From an uncultured Alphaproteobacteria bacterium (GTDB taxonomy: Bacteria > Pseudomonadota > Alphaproteobacteria > Rhizobiales > Beijerinckiaceae): a stretch of 64,000 nt of DNA. Below are positions 51,516 to 63,387 of this stretch, piece by piece; position 1 is the stretch's first letter; every line of letters starts with the position of its first letter. The stretch spans positions 639 through 64,638 of the forward strand of contig CAWGMF010000007.1 of assembly GCA_963823605.1 (NCBI GenBank). Direction: 5' to 3'. A program made the position numbers and the translations under genes. The notes beneath the pieces were generated by a model that saw only the letters and a list, made by a program, of their open reading frames with translations, made no database searches and was not told where the DNA came from.

Positions 51516-52195
51516 GCGGCGGCTCTCCGGTCGGCGCCGGGGCTGCCGAGAGCCACGCGGAACCGCCGCGGCTACACACGCGGCCCGAGTGGGAACCGGA
51601 GCACGGCGCTGCGGCCGACCTGATCGACCGCTCGGTCATTGCGAGCTTCGTGACAGCCGGTCCCGGCGGGCTGGCGGTGTCGCACCTGCCGTTCCTTCTC
51701 GACCGCAGCCGGGGCCCACATGGCTGCCTCGTGTCGCATCTCGCGGTCGCCAATGCGCATGCGGGGCTGGTCGCGGCCGGACTGCCGAGCGTCGCGATCT
51801 TCAAGGCCGAGCAGGGTTATATTTCCTCGTCCTGGTATCCGGCGGCACCCGTGCGCGACAGCGCGCCGACGTGGAACTTCGCCGTGGTCCATTGCCATGG
51901 GCGGCCGAAGGTGCTCGGTGCCGCAGCGCTCGCGCGACACCTTGCCGACCTCGTCGGGCACCTCGAGCGCGGCCGTGAGGGCGCATGGAGCCTGAGTGAG
52001 CTTGGGCCGGGCGGTATGGCGCGCCGCATGCCCCATATCGTCAGCTTCGAGTTGCCGATCGAGCGCCTCGATGCGAAGTTCAAGATGGGGCAAGACGAGC
52101 GCGCCGGCGACACCAAGGCTGCGATCGAGCGGCTGGCCGATACGGGTGAAGATGGGCTCGCGACGCTGATGCGGCGGTGCAATCCGGGGCTGTAG
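51512..52195 (+). CDS. PaiB-like FMN/heme-binding split-barrel protein
   Basis: SHLPF, SHLAVAN, YISSSWY, PTWNFAVVH, KFKMGQD. Confidence 0.85.
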   Translation: MSGGSPVGAGAAESHAEPPRLHTRPEWEPEHGAAADLIDRSVIASFVTAGPGGLAVSHLPFLLDRSRGPHGCLVSHLAVANAHAGLVAAGLPSVAIFKAEQGYISSSWYPAAPVRDSAPTWNFAVVHCHGRPKVLGAAALARHLADLVGHLERGREGAWSLSELGPGGMARRMPHIVSFELPIERLDAKFKMGQDERAGDTKAAIERLADTGEDGLATLMRRCNPGL

Positions 52196-52261
52196 TGTTT
52201 GGTCCTGGAGGGCGATGCGTCCTTGCTGTTCTGTTTGGCATGCGAAGCACCCCGCAACGGC

Positions 52262-53146
52262 TCACAACCTCACATCCAGCGAGTCCCGGATGCCGTCGCC
52301 GACGAAGTTGAAGCTCGTGACCGCGAGGGTGATGGCGAGGCCGGGGAAGATAGCGAGCCAGGGCGCGATCAGGAGATCGCTCTGCGCATTGGTCAGCATG
52401 TTGCCCCAGCTCGCGACCGGCGGCTGGATGCCATAGCCCAGGAAGCTGATGTAGACTTCGAGCAGGATCGCGTTGGCGGTGTTGAGCGTGGCCGCGACGA
52501 GGATCGGCGCCAGCGTATTCGGCAGCAGCTGGCGCAGGACGATGCGCCACGACGACGCCCCGAAAGCTGCGCCGCGAGCACGAAATCGGCCGCTTGAGCG
52601 ACAGCATCTGGCCGTAGACGATGCGCGCGATCTCCATCCAGCAGGTGAGCCCGATCATCAGCACAAGCGAGAGTAGGGTGGGGCGGACGAAGGCCGCGAC
52701 GAACAGCAGGAGAAAAATGTTGGGGAAGCACAGCATCATGTCGGTGAGCCGCATCAGCACGGTGTCCGACCCAGCCGCCGAGATAGGCCGCGAAGGCGCC
52801 GACGAGCGAAGCCGACCACCACCGTGACCAGCCATCGCGGCGATGCCGACCGACAGCGAGATCCGGCCCGCGTAAATGAGGCGGCTGAGCACGTCGCGGC
52901 CGAGGTCATCGGCGCCGAGGATGTGCCCCGGCGTCAGCGGCGGCGCATAGGCGGCGTCAATGTCGAGTCGCAAGCGGGTCGTAGGGGGCGAGCCAGGTGC
53001 GCAAAGACCGTGGCCAGGATGAGGAGAACCACGACGCCGGCACCCACCACCGCGAGGCGATGGCGGCCGAAGCGCCGCAGCGCGCGGCCGCGCGGGGCGA
53101 TATGCGCGACCTGCTCGAGATCGGCCGTGGCTGTCAGGTCCGTCAC
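52262..53146 (-). CDS. Peptide ABC permease (DppC/OppC-like; frameshifts)
   Basis: HILGADDLGRDVLSRL, EVYISFLGYGIQPP..SWG. Confidence 0.85.
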
Positions 53147-54108
53147 GGCATGCCCCCGAGCCTGATCCGCGGATCGATCCAGCGCGATCAGCAGTCGGCC
53201 AGCCAGATTGCCGAGCACGACCAGTGACGCGCCACCATCAGGATCGCCATCAGCACCGGATAGTCGCGCATCGAGAGCGAGTTGACGAAGAGCAGCCCCA
53301 TGCCCGGCCAGGTGAACACGGTCTCGGTCACCAGCGCGCCGCCGACCAGCAGGGGGAGTCTGCAGCCCGAGCAGCGTGACCAGCGGCACCAGGGCGGCGC
53401 GCAGCCCATGCCCGAACAGGACGCGCGCACGCCGACAGACCCTTGGCGCGGGCGGTCCGCATGAAGTCCTGGTTGAGGATGTCCAGCATCGCCGAGCGGG
53501 TGTAGCGGCTCCATTGCGCGACCAGCACCAGCGCCAGCACCAGCATCGGGCAGCACGAGATGCCAGAGCGCGTCGCGCAAGCCCCCCGCCGCCGAGCGGC
53601 ACGATGCCGCCGGCCGGAAGCCAGCCGAGCTCCTGCGCGAAAATGTAGATGGCCAGCAGGCCGAACCAGAACGTCGGCAGCGAAAGCGCCAGCATGGCCG
53701 CGGTCGTGGTCGCGTAGTCGAAGACGGAGTAGCGCCGCACCGCGCCAAGGATGCCGATCGCCACGCCGATCAGCAGCGCGAGGGTCAGGCTCGTTCCCAT
53801 CAGCAGGAGCGTCGCCGGGATCCGCTCCAGCACCAGCCCGGCCACGGGCCGCCCGCCGAAGAAGCTGAAGCCCCAGTTGCCGGCAAGCAGGTTGGACGGC
53901 CCATTTCAGGTATTGCACGTAGACCGGCTGATCGAGCCCGAAGATCACCTTGATGCGCTCGATGTCCTGCGCCGTGACGGTCGGGTTTAGCGTATAGACC
54001 GCGAGCGGGCCGCCGGGCGCAAGTTGCATCAGCGCAAAGCCGATGATCGAGACCCCGACGAGCAGGATCGACCGACTGGACAAGCCGTCCGAGAATGAAC
54101 CGAGCCAC
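53143..54108 (-). CDS. Peptide ABC permease (DppB/OppB-like; frameshifts)
   Basis: FGLDQP, LPTFW, QDFMRTARAKG, TETVFTWPGMG. Confidence 0.85.
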
Positions 54109-54138
54109 TTGCCCCGCCGCGCGTCAGAGCCGAACGCG

Positions 54139-55859
54139 TCAGCCGACCGCCCACTCGTTGCAGTTCCAGGAGTTGATCGGCCACGTAGGCGTTCGGCTTG
54201 TAGTTCGTGCACCGGTCTTGTCGGTTCCCATGATCAGCTGGTAGGCGAACATCGGCGCGAACGGCAGGTCGTCGAGCAGGATTTCCTGGATCCGGTCGTA
54301 GATCTCCTTGCGCTCGGCCTGTCGACCTCGGCCACCCCGTGCCGCAAAGCTCGTCGATCTCCGGGTTCTGGTACTGGACGTAGTTCGCGCCCGATGCCGC
54401 CCTTGGCCGGGATCTGGTTGCTCATGATGCGGGCGCTGTAGTCGGGGTCGGGGTAGAGCAGCGGATCCCAGGCGACCATCAGCGTGTCGAACTTTGCTCT
54501 TCACCGTGTAGTCGCCCCAGACCACCGACGCCGGCATGTTGTTGATCGTCATGTCGACGTTGATTTTCTTGAGGTTCTGCTGCACGAACTGCTGCGATTG
54601 CTCGCGCGACTTGTTGCCGGCCGTCGTCGACATGGTGAAGGACAGCTGCACGCCGTCCTTCTCGCGCACGCCGTCCGATCCGACCTTCCAGCCGGCTTCG
54701 TCCAGCATCGCGGCCGCCCTGGCGGGGTCGTAACCGGGATCCTTGAGGGCGCTGTTGTAGGCCCAGTGGTTCGGCGGCAGATAGCTCAAGGTTCGGCTTC
54801 GGCACGCCGTAGTAGAGCTTGTCGATCAAGCCTTTCTTGTCCATCGCCATGTAGAGGGCCTTGCGCACCCGCTTGTCGCTGAACTGCGGCTTGCCGCAGT
54901 TGAAATAGATGAACTCGACGAAGGACGTCGACATCGCTCAGCATCGATCTTGTTCGGCAGCTGCTTCGCGCGCGGAAGTAGCGGCGGGATGCCCTGCAGG
55001 TCGTAGATCTCGACCTGGCCGGTCTGGAACTGGGCGTACAGCGTCTGCTGGTCCGGCACATATTTCTGGACCAGCGTGCTCAGGTGCGGGCCGTCGCCGT
55101 GGTAGTTTGGATTCCGCTCGAATTCGATGTGGTCGCCCGCGACGCGCTTCTTGAATTTGAACGGGCCCGTGCCGACGGGCTGCGTGTTGAACGGCGCCGT
55201 GTTGATGTCGGGGATGTCGGCGAGCAGGTGCTTCGGCACGATGCTGGTCTTCTGCCAGGACACGAGGTACGGCGCGAAAGGCTCGCCGAGCGTCGCCTTG
55301 ATCGTGTGGTCGTCGACGGCCACTAGCTCCTTGACGTGGTCGTGGCCCGTTGCGGCTGCGGACCGCGATCTTCGGATTGATCATGGTCTGGTAGCGTGAA
55401 CACCACGTCCTTCGCGGTGAAGGGCGTGCCGTCATGCCACTTCACGTCGGGCCGAAGCTTGATCGTCCAGGTCAGCCCGTCGGCCGAAACGCCGCCGTTC
55501 TCCTTGGTCGGAATCTCGGTCGCGAGGTTCGGGATGAACTTGCCGGCTTCGTCGATCTTCCAGAGCGAGTCGAACACGGCGAACTCGACCGACGTCTCCA
55601 CGCCCGTGTTGACGTAGAGCAGCGGATTAAAGTTCACGGCCTCCTGCGTGTAGCCGACCACAAGCGTCCCGGCTTCCTGGCCTGCCACACGCTCGATCAG
55701 TCCGTCAGCGGTGGGCGCCTTCGCAGGCTTCGGGTCAGCCGAAAACGCCTTGGCGACCGAGCCCGCCCCGAGCGCCGTTCCGAACGCCGTGGCGCCGGCC
55801 AGCACTCTTCGGCGATCCAGCGTGTGCCCGCGTCCTGTTTCCTTGGTTCCGTTCGACAC
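54139..55859 (-). CDS. Peptide ABC substrate-binding protein (family 5), Tat leader; frameshifts
   Basis: RRRVLAG, KWHDGTPFTAKDV, PVGTGPFKF, FSDKRVRKAL. Confidence 0.88.
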
Positions 55860-55959
55860 GTAAGCCCCGCTGTTCCAAAGATTGGACGGTCGACCAGATC
55901 CAGCGCCTTGCGTGTGATCTGTCCCGTCCGTACCCTAATGTCCTCGACTGCAAATTTGC

Positions 55960-56970
55960 TTGTCAAGCGACCCAAGTGCCGGACACTCTTTGCTCGCCAT
56001 CCGAAATCTGACCGTAACCTTCCGCTCCGACACGGGCTCGACCCGCGCCGTGGATGGCATCGACCTCGACATCGCCCCTGGCGAGAGGCTCGGAATCGTC
56101 GGTGAAAGCGGATGCGGCAAATCGACTGTCGCGATGGCCGTGATGCGGCTTCTCCCGCCCCAGGCCACGCTCGACGGCAACGTTGAGTTTTTCGGTACCA
56201 GCCTGACCGACCTCGACGAGAAGGGCTTGCGGAGCATTCGGGGCCGTACGGTTTCGATCATCTTTCAAGATGCCATGTCTTCGCTCCACCCGATGCTGCC
56301 GGTCGGGCGGCAAATCGTGGAAGCCATCCAGGCGCACGAACGGATTTCGGCTAGGGCGGCCCGGCGGCGGGCGCTGGACCTGCTCGAGCGCGTCGGCATT
56401 CCCGCGCCCGAGCTGCGGATCGACGCCTACCCGCATGAGCTATCGGGCGGGATGTGTCAGCGGATCATGATTGCCATGGCGATCGCCTGCGAGCCGCAGC
56501 TCATCATCGCGGACGAGCCCACGACGGCGCTCGACGTCACGGTCCAGGCGCAGATCTTGGACCTGCTCGATGAGATCTGCCAGCGCAGCGGCGCCTCCGT
56601 CCTCTTGATCACGCATGACCTCGGGGTCGTGGCCGGCAAGACCGATCGCGTCGTCGTCATGTATGCGGGCCGCGTCGTCGAAGCGGCGACGACCGAGGAT
56701 CTCTTCGCTGGGGCGCGCCACCCTTACACGCAAGGGCTGCTGCGCTCTGTTCCCCGCATGGACGTCGGCATCGGCGAGGATCTGCCGACGATCCCCGGCA
56801 GCGTCAGCCAGATCGTAAATCCGGTCGGCTGCCGTTTCGCGCCGCGGTGTGGCTACGCCCAGGACATCTGCCGGGCGCAAGAGCCGCCCTTGGAGCCGGT
56901 CGAGGCCGCTCACCTGAGCGCGTGCTGGTTCAGCGCCACCATCGCCGAACGGCACGGCGTGGCGGCCTGA
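55960..56970 (+). CDS. Peptide ABC ATPase (DppD/OppD-like)
   Basis: GESGCGKS, YPHELSGGM, ADEPTTALD, GCRFAPRC. Confidence 0.92.
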   Translation: MSSDPSAGHSLLAIRNLTVTFRSDTGSTRAVDGIDLDIAPGERLGIVGESGCGKSTVAMAVMRLLPPQATLDGNVEFFGTSLTDLDEKGLRSIRGRTVSIIFQDAMSSLHPMLPVGRQIVEAIQAHERISARAARRRALDLLERVGIPAPELRIDAYPHELSGGMCQRIMIAMAIACEPQLIIADEPTTALDVTVQAQILDLLDEICQRSGASVLLITHDLGVVAGKTDRVVVMYAGRVVEAATTEDLFAGARHPYTQGLLRSVPRMDVGIGEDLPTIPGSVSQIVNPVGCRFAPRCGYAQDICRAQEPPLEPVEAAHLSACWFSATIAERHGVAA

Positions 56971-57965
56971 TGGACATCGCCGTCCGCCCCCTCGTCGAAG
57001 CCCGGAACCTCAGCATCGGCTTCGATCTCGGGCGTAAGAGCCTGTTGTCCCGTGAACGGCGCACGCTCTGGGCCGTCGACCGCGTATCGCTCGCGGTCGA
57101 TCCGGGCGAAACTTTGGGACTGATCGGTGAGAGCGGCTCGGGCAAGACGACGCTCGGACGGGCCATGCTCGGCATCTATACGCCCAGCGCCGGAGAGGTG
57201 CTGTTCGACGGTCAAGCCGTAAGGGGCATCTCGAGACCCGACCGCCGCCAGTTCCACCGCCGGGCGCAGCTCGTCTTCCAGGACCCCTACTCGTCCCTCA
57301 ACCCCCGCATGACGGTGAGTGGCAGCCTTACCGAGCACCTGCGCAACCAGGGTTATGCGAAGGAAGGAGCGATACCGGCGCGCGTCGATGAGGTGCTGGA
57401 CCTTGTCGGTCTCGGGCGACGGTTCGGGGCCCGTTATCCGCACGAATTGTCTGGTGGCCAACGACAGCGGGCCGTCATTGCGCGCGCAATCAGCACCCGC
57501 CCGGACTTCCTTGTGGCGGACGAGCCTGTCTCGGCCCTCGACGTGTCGATCCGCGCCCAGGTCATGAACCTGATCCGCGACCTGCAGGCCGGCATGGGGA
57601 TGACGCTCCTATTTATCTCCCACGACCTCAGCGTCGTGGCACACCTGTCACGCCGAATTGCGGTCATGTACCTCGGGCAGGTCATGGAGGTGGCGAGCCG
57701 CGAAGCCCTGTTTCGGCGCGCGCTGCACCCCTACACCCATGCGCTTCTGTCGGCGGCGCCCATCCCGGATCCCAAGCTCGAGAAGCATCGGCGACGGTTG
57801 TTGCTGACGGGCGAGATCCCCAACCCGACGGAGGCGCCGCCCGGGTGTCGGCTGCAAACCCGATGTCCACGCGTCAGCGATCGATGCCGGGTCGAGAAGC
57901 CGCCGCTGGCGGAAATCGAGCCAGGCCACCGCGTGGCCTGTTACCATCCTGGCCCGGCGGCTTGA
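56970..57965 (+). CDS. Peptide ABC ATPase (DppF/OppF-like)
   Basis: GESGSGKT, LSGGQRQR, ADEPVSALD, VACY. Confidence 0.92.
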   Translation: MDIAVRPLVEARNLSIGFDLGRKSLLSRERRTLWAVDRVSLAVDPGETLGLIGESGSGKTTLGRAMLGIYTPSAGEVLFDGQAVRGISRPDRRQFHRRAQLVFQDPYSSLNPRMTVSGSLTEHLRNQGYAKEGAIPARVDEVLDLVGLGRRFGARYPHELSGGQRQRAVIARAISTRPDFLVADEPVSALDVSIRAQVMNLIRDLQAGMGMTLLFISHDLSVVAHLSRRIAVMYLGQVMEVASREALFRRALHPYTHALLSAAPIPDPKLEKHRRRLLLTGEIPNPTEAPPGCRLQTRCPRVSDRCRVEKPPLAEIEPGHRVACYHPGPAA

Positions 57966-58029
57966 GCTTGGCTTTTCCAGAGAACGAAGCTTTTCCGAAA
58001 CGTTGACGGCGTTCTCGTTCGTCGGCTGT

Positions 58030-58082
58030 AATGTCCGCTTCGTGTGTTCGCCGCAGCTGTCCTGAACGGCTCAGATGGGCGC
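58030..58082 (+). repeat. 53-bp bipartite repeat, copy C (diverged tandem copy at ~58090-58143)
   Basis: aatgtccgcttcgtgtgttcgccgcagctgtcctgaacggctcagatgggcgc. Confidence 0.8.
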
Positions 58083-58257
58083 AGTGCCGTCCGGCTGCTC
58101 TTCGGCTGAACCTGGCCGTAAACGGAACGACGGCTTTGGCACCGGCGAGTGCGGACAACTGCCGTTCTTTCGTGTCGCGAACGTGGCTGCGTCGACACCT
58201 TTGCTGACGCTGGGTGACTTCAGCGATGCACCGATCGACAGCGATGGAGCGCTCGCG

Positions 58258-58979
58258 TTAGCCTGGCACGGGCCGCAGGAGAGTGCGCAGGCGTTGACCT
58301 GCAGCAACGAGGTGCGCCCGCATGGCCTCGCCAGCCGCGTCGGCGACGCCTGACGCGATCGCATCCGCGATGGCGCGGTGTTCAGCAAAATCCGGCCTTT
58401 GGTTTCGGGGATGTAATAGGTCTTCGGGTACCAGATTCGGACGATGGACTGGATCGTCGACCCGATGTTCTCGAAAATCGGGTTCTCAGCGCCATGGGCG
58501 ATGGCGAGATGAAAGCGCGTGTCGCTGTCCATGAAGGCGTCGTGGTTCATCGGCTCGGCCGTCATCTCGTCGAGCGACGATTTGAGCTGGGTGACGAGCG
58601 CGTCCGTGCGGTTGGTAGCGGCCCGACGGGCGCACTCCACTTCCACCAGCACTCGCACGTCGACGAGGTCGTCGAGGTTGCCTTCACTGAGCAGCAGGCC
58701 CCAGCGGAACGCGCCGGACAGCAGTTCGGATGTGGGCTCGCGGACGAACGATCCCTCGCCGGCGCGGGCCTCCAGCACGCCCAAGACCACGAGGCTTTTC
58801 ACGGCCTCGCGGATCGTGGAGCGGCCAACCTGGAAGCGAGCCGCCAATTCCTTCTCGGATGGAATGAGGTCGCCCGGCTTCCAGACCCGCCTCATGATCA
58901 GGTTGGTCAGGGACTTCACGATCTCCTGGGGGAGAGTGGCGCGGCTTACAGGCCTAATGAGGGTGCTGGCATCGTTCAT
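58258..58979 (-). CDS. FadR/GntR family regulator (frameshift near 58390)
   Basis: PSEKEL, VGRSTIREA, DTRFHLAIA; corrected tail EHRAIADAI...AMRAHL..*. Confidence 0.88.
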
Positions 58980-59063
58980 CGGACGATCCTGGACCGGAAC
59001 GGTCTTTCCCACCAGGATCAAACCTCGGCCGAGATCTGCATCGGAATGCTCCCCCTTTCGGCC

Positions 59064-59094
59064 TTGACAGCCAACGTCGTCTCGACTTCATAAT
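59064..59094 (+). promoter_or_regulatory. Possible sigma70-type promoter
   Basis: TTGACA...CATAAT, but the spacer is 19 bp. Confidence 0.3.
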
Positions 59095-59126
59095 ATCAGA
59101 CATTCAACAATAGAAGCGGGAGTGAC

Positions 59127-60538
59127 ATGTTCAAGCAGGCACTCGACCGCCGGGCCGAGCAGGGCAGGCCGATCCAAGTCGGTTTCGTCGGCGCAGGCCG
59201 TATGGGCACCGGCGCGATCTGCCAGATCGGGCTGATGAAGGGCATCCGCGATGCCATCATCGCGGACATCAGCACCGAGCGGGTGGTGCGTGCGTTCGAG
59301 CTCTCCGGGTGCCGGCGGGAAGACGTGTTGGTGCGAACACGGTGTGGCCGCGCGGACGCCATCCAGGCCGGCAAGCCGGTGGTGACGCAGGATGCGATCC
59401 TCTCCGAACTCCCAATCGATGCGGTCGTCGAGGCGACCGGCAATCCCGACTTCGGCGCGCGTGTGCTTTGCGCTCGATCAGGCCCGCAAGCACATCATGA
59501 TGCTCAATGTCGAGACCGACGTCGTGGTGGGCCCGATCCTGTACATAGATGGCCCAGGCCGCAGGCGTGGTCTACACGGTGTCGTCCGGTGATGAGCCGG
59601 GTCTGATCGCCGAATATTATGACCGCTATGCGGGGCTCGGCTTCGAAATCGTGGCGGTGGGCAAGGCGCCATCCAGCATCGGCCTGTTCGACCGTTACGC
59701 GACACCCGACAGCGTGGCCGAGGATGCGAAGCGCCTGGGCGTCAACCCGCATTTCCTCGTCACGTTCCGCGACGCCACCAAGACGATGATCGAGATGGCC
59801 TGCATCTCGAACTATACCGGGCTGGTGCCCGATATCCGCGGCATGCACGGCCCGGTCGCGGGCGTGAACGAGATCCCCGAACTGTTCCGGCCGAAGAGCG
59901 AGGGCGGCATCCTCAACCGGCGCGGGGTGGTCGACTACGCCCGTCCGCTGAAGCATTCGGATGGCTCGATCGACTTTGACCGCAGCGTGACGCCGGGCGT
60001 CTTCATCTGCGTCTATACGGACCACCCGCAGATCCACGAGGATCTGAACTACCTCGATGTTACAGGGTCGGACGGCTATTACAACATGTACACGCCCTAT
60101 CATCTCGTCACGAACGAGATCCCGCTGTCGATCGTCAATGCGGTGGAGTTCGCCCATCCGACGATCGTGCCCAAGCTGGGCCTGGTGACGGAAGTGTTCG
60201 GCGCCGCCAAGCGTCCTTCAAGGCTGGCGAGACCGTGGAGGGTGCCGGCGGATCCTCGGTCTACGCGCTGAACGATCTCTACGAGACGGCCAAGGCCGAA
60301 AATGTCGTGCCGCTCGGCTTGCTGACGGGTGCCAAGCTACTGTGCGATGGCCGAGCGAAGAGGCCATTACCTACGATATGGTCGATGTGGTCGCGACACG
60401 ACCCTGTACCATCTGCGCGCCATGCAGGATCCGATGGGCCGGCAACCTCGGCGCGCCCAGCCCGAAGGCGGCCGACAAAACCAGCCATCAAAAGATCGCG
60501 GCCGAGTAGTCTCGACCGAATTGCCGACGAAAAGGTAA
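59127..60538 (+). CDS. Homoserine-dehydrogenase-like NAD(P) oxidoreductase with C-terminal SAF domain (frameshifts; end uncertain)
   Basis: VGAGRMG, VEATG, NVETDVVVGP, GDEPG, TKTMIEM, PYHL, VPLGL. Confidence 0.8.
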
Positions 60539-60586
60539 ACAATCAAGCAACGAAGTGATCGAAACCAATCATCAGGAGGAAATGCC

Positions 60587-61765
60587 CATGTTGAAGGTCT
60601 ATCCACGATCAAGTCGGCTGGACCGCCGCGGCGCTTTGCCGCCCCGCGTCTCGGCGGGGCCGTTGTGGTCTCGCCGCCTGTGCCGAGACCCGCGCGACCC
60701 CTTCCCGGCCTGGCCGGAGCCGTCAGGTCAAGATATCGGTCGACCAGGCCAAGGCCATCGTGGCCGAGCGCACCAAGCCGCAGACCGAATGGAAGGGCCC
60801 GACCAGCGGACCGAAGGCGCCCGACGGGCAGCGTCACCATCGCCTGTGTGTCGCCCGACCAGTCCTACGCGCCCTATTCGGCTGGGGCCACGGCGTGGAG
60901 GAAGGCGGCAAGGCGCTCGGCTGGACGGTGCTGACCTTCAACGGCCAGGGCACCGTCAGCGGCCAGCTCGCCGCGATGCAGCAGGCGCTGGCCTCGCACC
61001 CGGCCGCCATCATCACGCCGGCCGACGCCAATGCGCTGCAAAAGCCGATCAAGGACGCGGTCGCGCGCCGCATCCCGGTCATCGGCATCCACGCCACGGC
61101 GTTCCCCGGCCCGAATCCGGAGCTCGGCCTGTACCAGAACATCGTCGTCGAACGCGGCCGAGATCGGCGGAACCGAGGCCGCCTACGTGATCGCCATGTC
61201 GGACGGCAAGGCGCGGGACATGCACATGGTGGACAACAGCTTCGCCATCGCCCGCTTCAAGGCGAAGGCGGCGACCGAGCCGGTGAAGAACTGCGCCGGC
61301 TGCAAGATGCTGGAGACCGTCAACATGCCGATCGGCGAGCCTCGCCCGCGTGGCGCCGCCGTCTCCGGCCTGCTGGCCCGCTACGGCGACGACTGGTGGA
61401 TGACGACGTGCTGCGACGACTACTACCCCTATGTCGCCGCCGCGCTGCGCGCGGCCGGCGTCTCGCCCGACAAGATGCATCTGGTCGGCGCCGACGCGCC
61501 GCCCGCGAACTACGACATGATCCGCAAGGGCAACTACGAGGTGGCGAGCGTGCCGGAGCCGAGCACGCTGTTCGGCTACGAGGCGATGGACGCCGTGGTG
61601 CGCGCGATGGCCGGCGAGCCGCCGGCGCAGTTCGTGCAGCCGACCTACATCATCACCAAGGACAATGTGGACGGCGAAGGCGGCAAGAACAACGAGTTCG
61701 TGCCGAGCAACAACTTCGCCTGCCATTACGTCAACATCTGGAAGGGCACGAACAATGCCTGCTGA
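60587..61765 (+). CDS. Sugar ABC substrate-binding protein (RbsB-like; frameshifts)
   Basis: WKGPTSGPKA, ALGW, IPVIGIH, VPEP..LFGY. Confidence 0.75.
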
Positions 61766-61881
61766 GCCTGGGCGCGTCGGACAGCCGACGGCCTCGCCAG
61801 CCGCGCGTGCGCGAACGGGACGGTGGCGATCTCACCCGCCGGACGGCGAGACGACATGCACTTCCGATAGGAACGAGCCTC

Positions 61882-63387
61882 ATGGCGACCGATGCGCCTC
61901 CGCGATCGAGATCAGCGGGCTGACCAAGCGGTTCTTCGGCACCCTGGCGCTCGACGATGTCGACCTGTCGGTCGGCGCGGGCGAGATCCATGCGCTGGTC
62001 GGCGAGAACGGCGCGGCAAGTCGACGCTGATCAAGATCCTGGCCGGCGTGTACCCGCCGGATGCCGGCGAGATCCGCGTCGCGGGCGAGGAGGTGCACCC
62101 GCATGCCGCACGCTGCCGCTCGCCTTCGTGCATCAGGATCTCGGGCTGGTGGACGATCTCAGCGTCGGCGAGAACGTGGCGCTGGTCGCCGGTTTCCCGC
62201 GCAAGGGCGGGCTGATCGACTGGCCGCAGGTCTGGCGGCGGGCCGAGAAGATCTACGCCGCCATGGAGGTCGAGCCGCCCGATCCGCGCCCGCCGGTCGG
62301 CGGGCTGTCGGCCGCCGGCAAGGCGATGCTGGGCATCGTGCGCGCGCTGTCGCGGGCAGGCGCGGATGGTCGTGCTGGACGAGCCGACCGCCTCGCTGCC
62401 GGAGCCCGATGCGCTGCATCTGTTCGAGGTGCTGCGGCGGCTGCGCGCGCACGGCACCGGCATCATCTACGTCACCCATCGGCTGAACGAGCTGTTCGGC
62501 CTCGCCGACCGCGTCACCGTGCTGCGCGACGGACGGCATGTGCGCAGCGGGCGACATCGGCGACGTGACGCCCGAAGCGTGGTGCAGGACATGCTGGGCC
62601 GCGAGCTCGAACTGCTTCATGCGACCGCAGCCGCGTCGGCCGAGCGACGCCGTGCTGGAGCGTCGCGGGGCTGCGCGCCGGCAGCCGGGCCCGCTTGACT
62701 TCCAGGTCGCGGCCGGCGAGATCGTCGGCCTGGTCGGGCTGCGCGGCGCCGGCCAGGAGATGATCGGGCGGGCCATCTTCGGCGCCCGTCCGCAGGCTGC
62801 CGGCACGATCCGGCTCGGGACGGCTCTGCCGCCGCGAGGCCGATCCCGGCGCGGATCGCCCGCGGCATCGCGCTGCTGGCGGGCGACCGGGGCGGGAGAG
62901 CGCGCTGCGCGGCATGTCGGTGCAGGAGAACCTGCTGCCCAACCCGGGATCGTGGCCGGCGGCGCTGTTCAGCCTCGCCGGGCGCGCGAGGAGCGGCGCA
63001 GCGCGCGACGTGCTGGAGCGGCTGGACGTGCGGCCGCGCGACCGGAGCGGCGCTGATCGAGTGGCTCAGCGGCGGCAACCAGCAGAAGGTGTTCGTCGCC
63101 CGCTGGCTGCGTCCGGCGCGCGGCTGTTCGTCATGGAGGAGCCGACGGCGGGCGTGGACATCGGCGCCAAGTTCGCCATCCACGCGCTGCTGCGCGACGT
63201 CGCGGCCGAGGGCGCGGCGATCCTGGTCGTGTCGTCGGATTTCGAGGAAGTGGCGACGCTGTGCGACCGCGCGCTGGTGATCGGCCGCGGCGCATCACGG
63301 GCGAATTGCCGGCGCCGGCCTGACCATGGACAGCCTGCTCGCGCGCGCCTCGCTGGCGGCTCGCAGCCGCCGGCGCAGGTGCACTGA
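61882..63387 (+). CDS. Sugar ABC ATPase (RbsA-like, two NBDs; many frameshifts)
   Basis: GENGA.KSTLIK, LDEPTASL, LSGGNQQK, EEPTAGVD, SSDFEE. Confidence 0.85.

Noticed and set aside
51512-52195. Piperazate synthase (KtzT-like)
   Set aside because: No ornithine N-hydroxylase or NRPS in the window; the fold alone is not enough.
27068-58143. 53-bp repeats as a CRISPR array or classical attC sites
   Set aside because: They are kilobases apart and too divergent, with no cas genes. They lack paired RYYYAAC/GTTRRRY ends, and the visible recombinase part cannot be identified as IntI.
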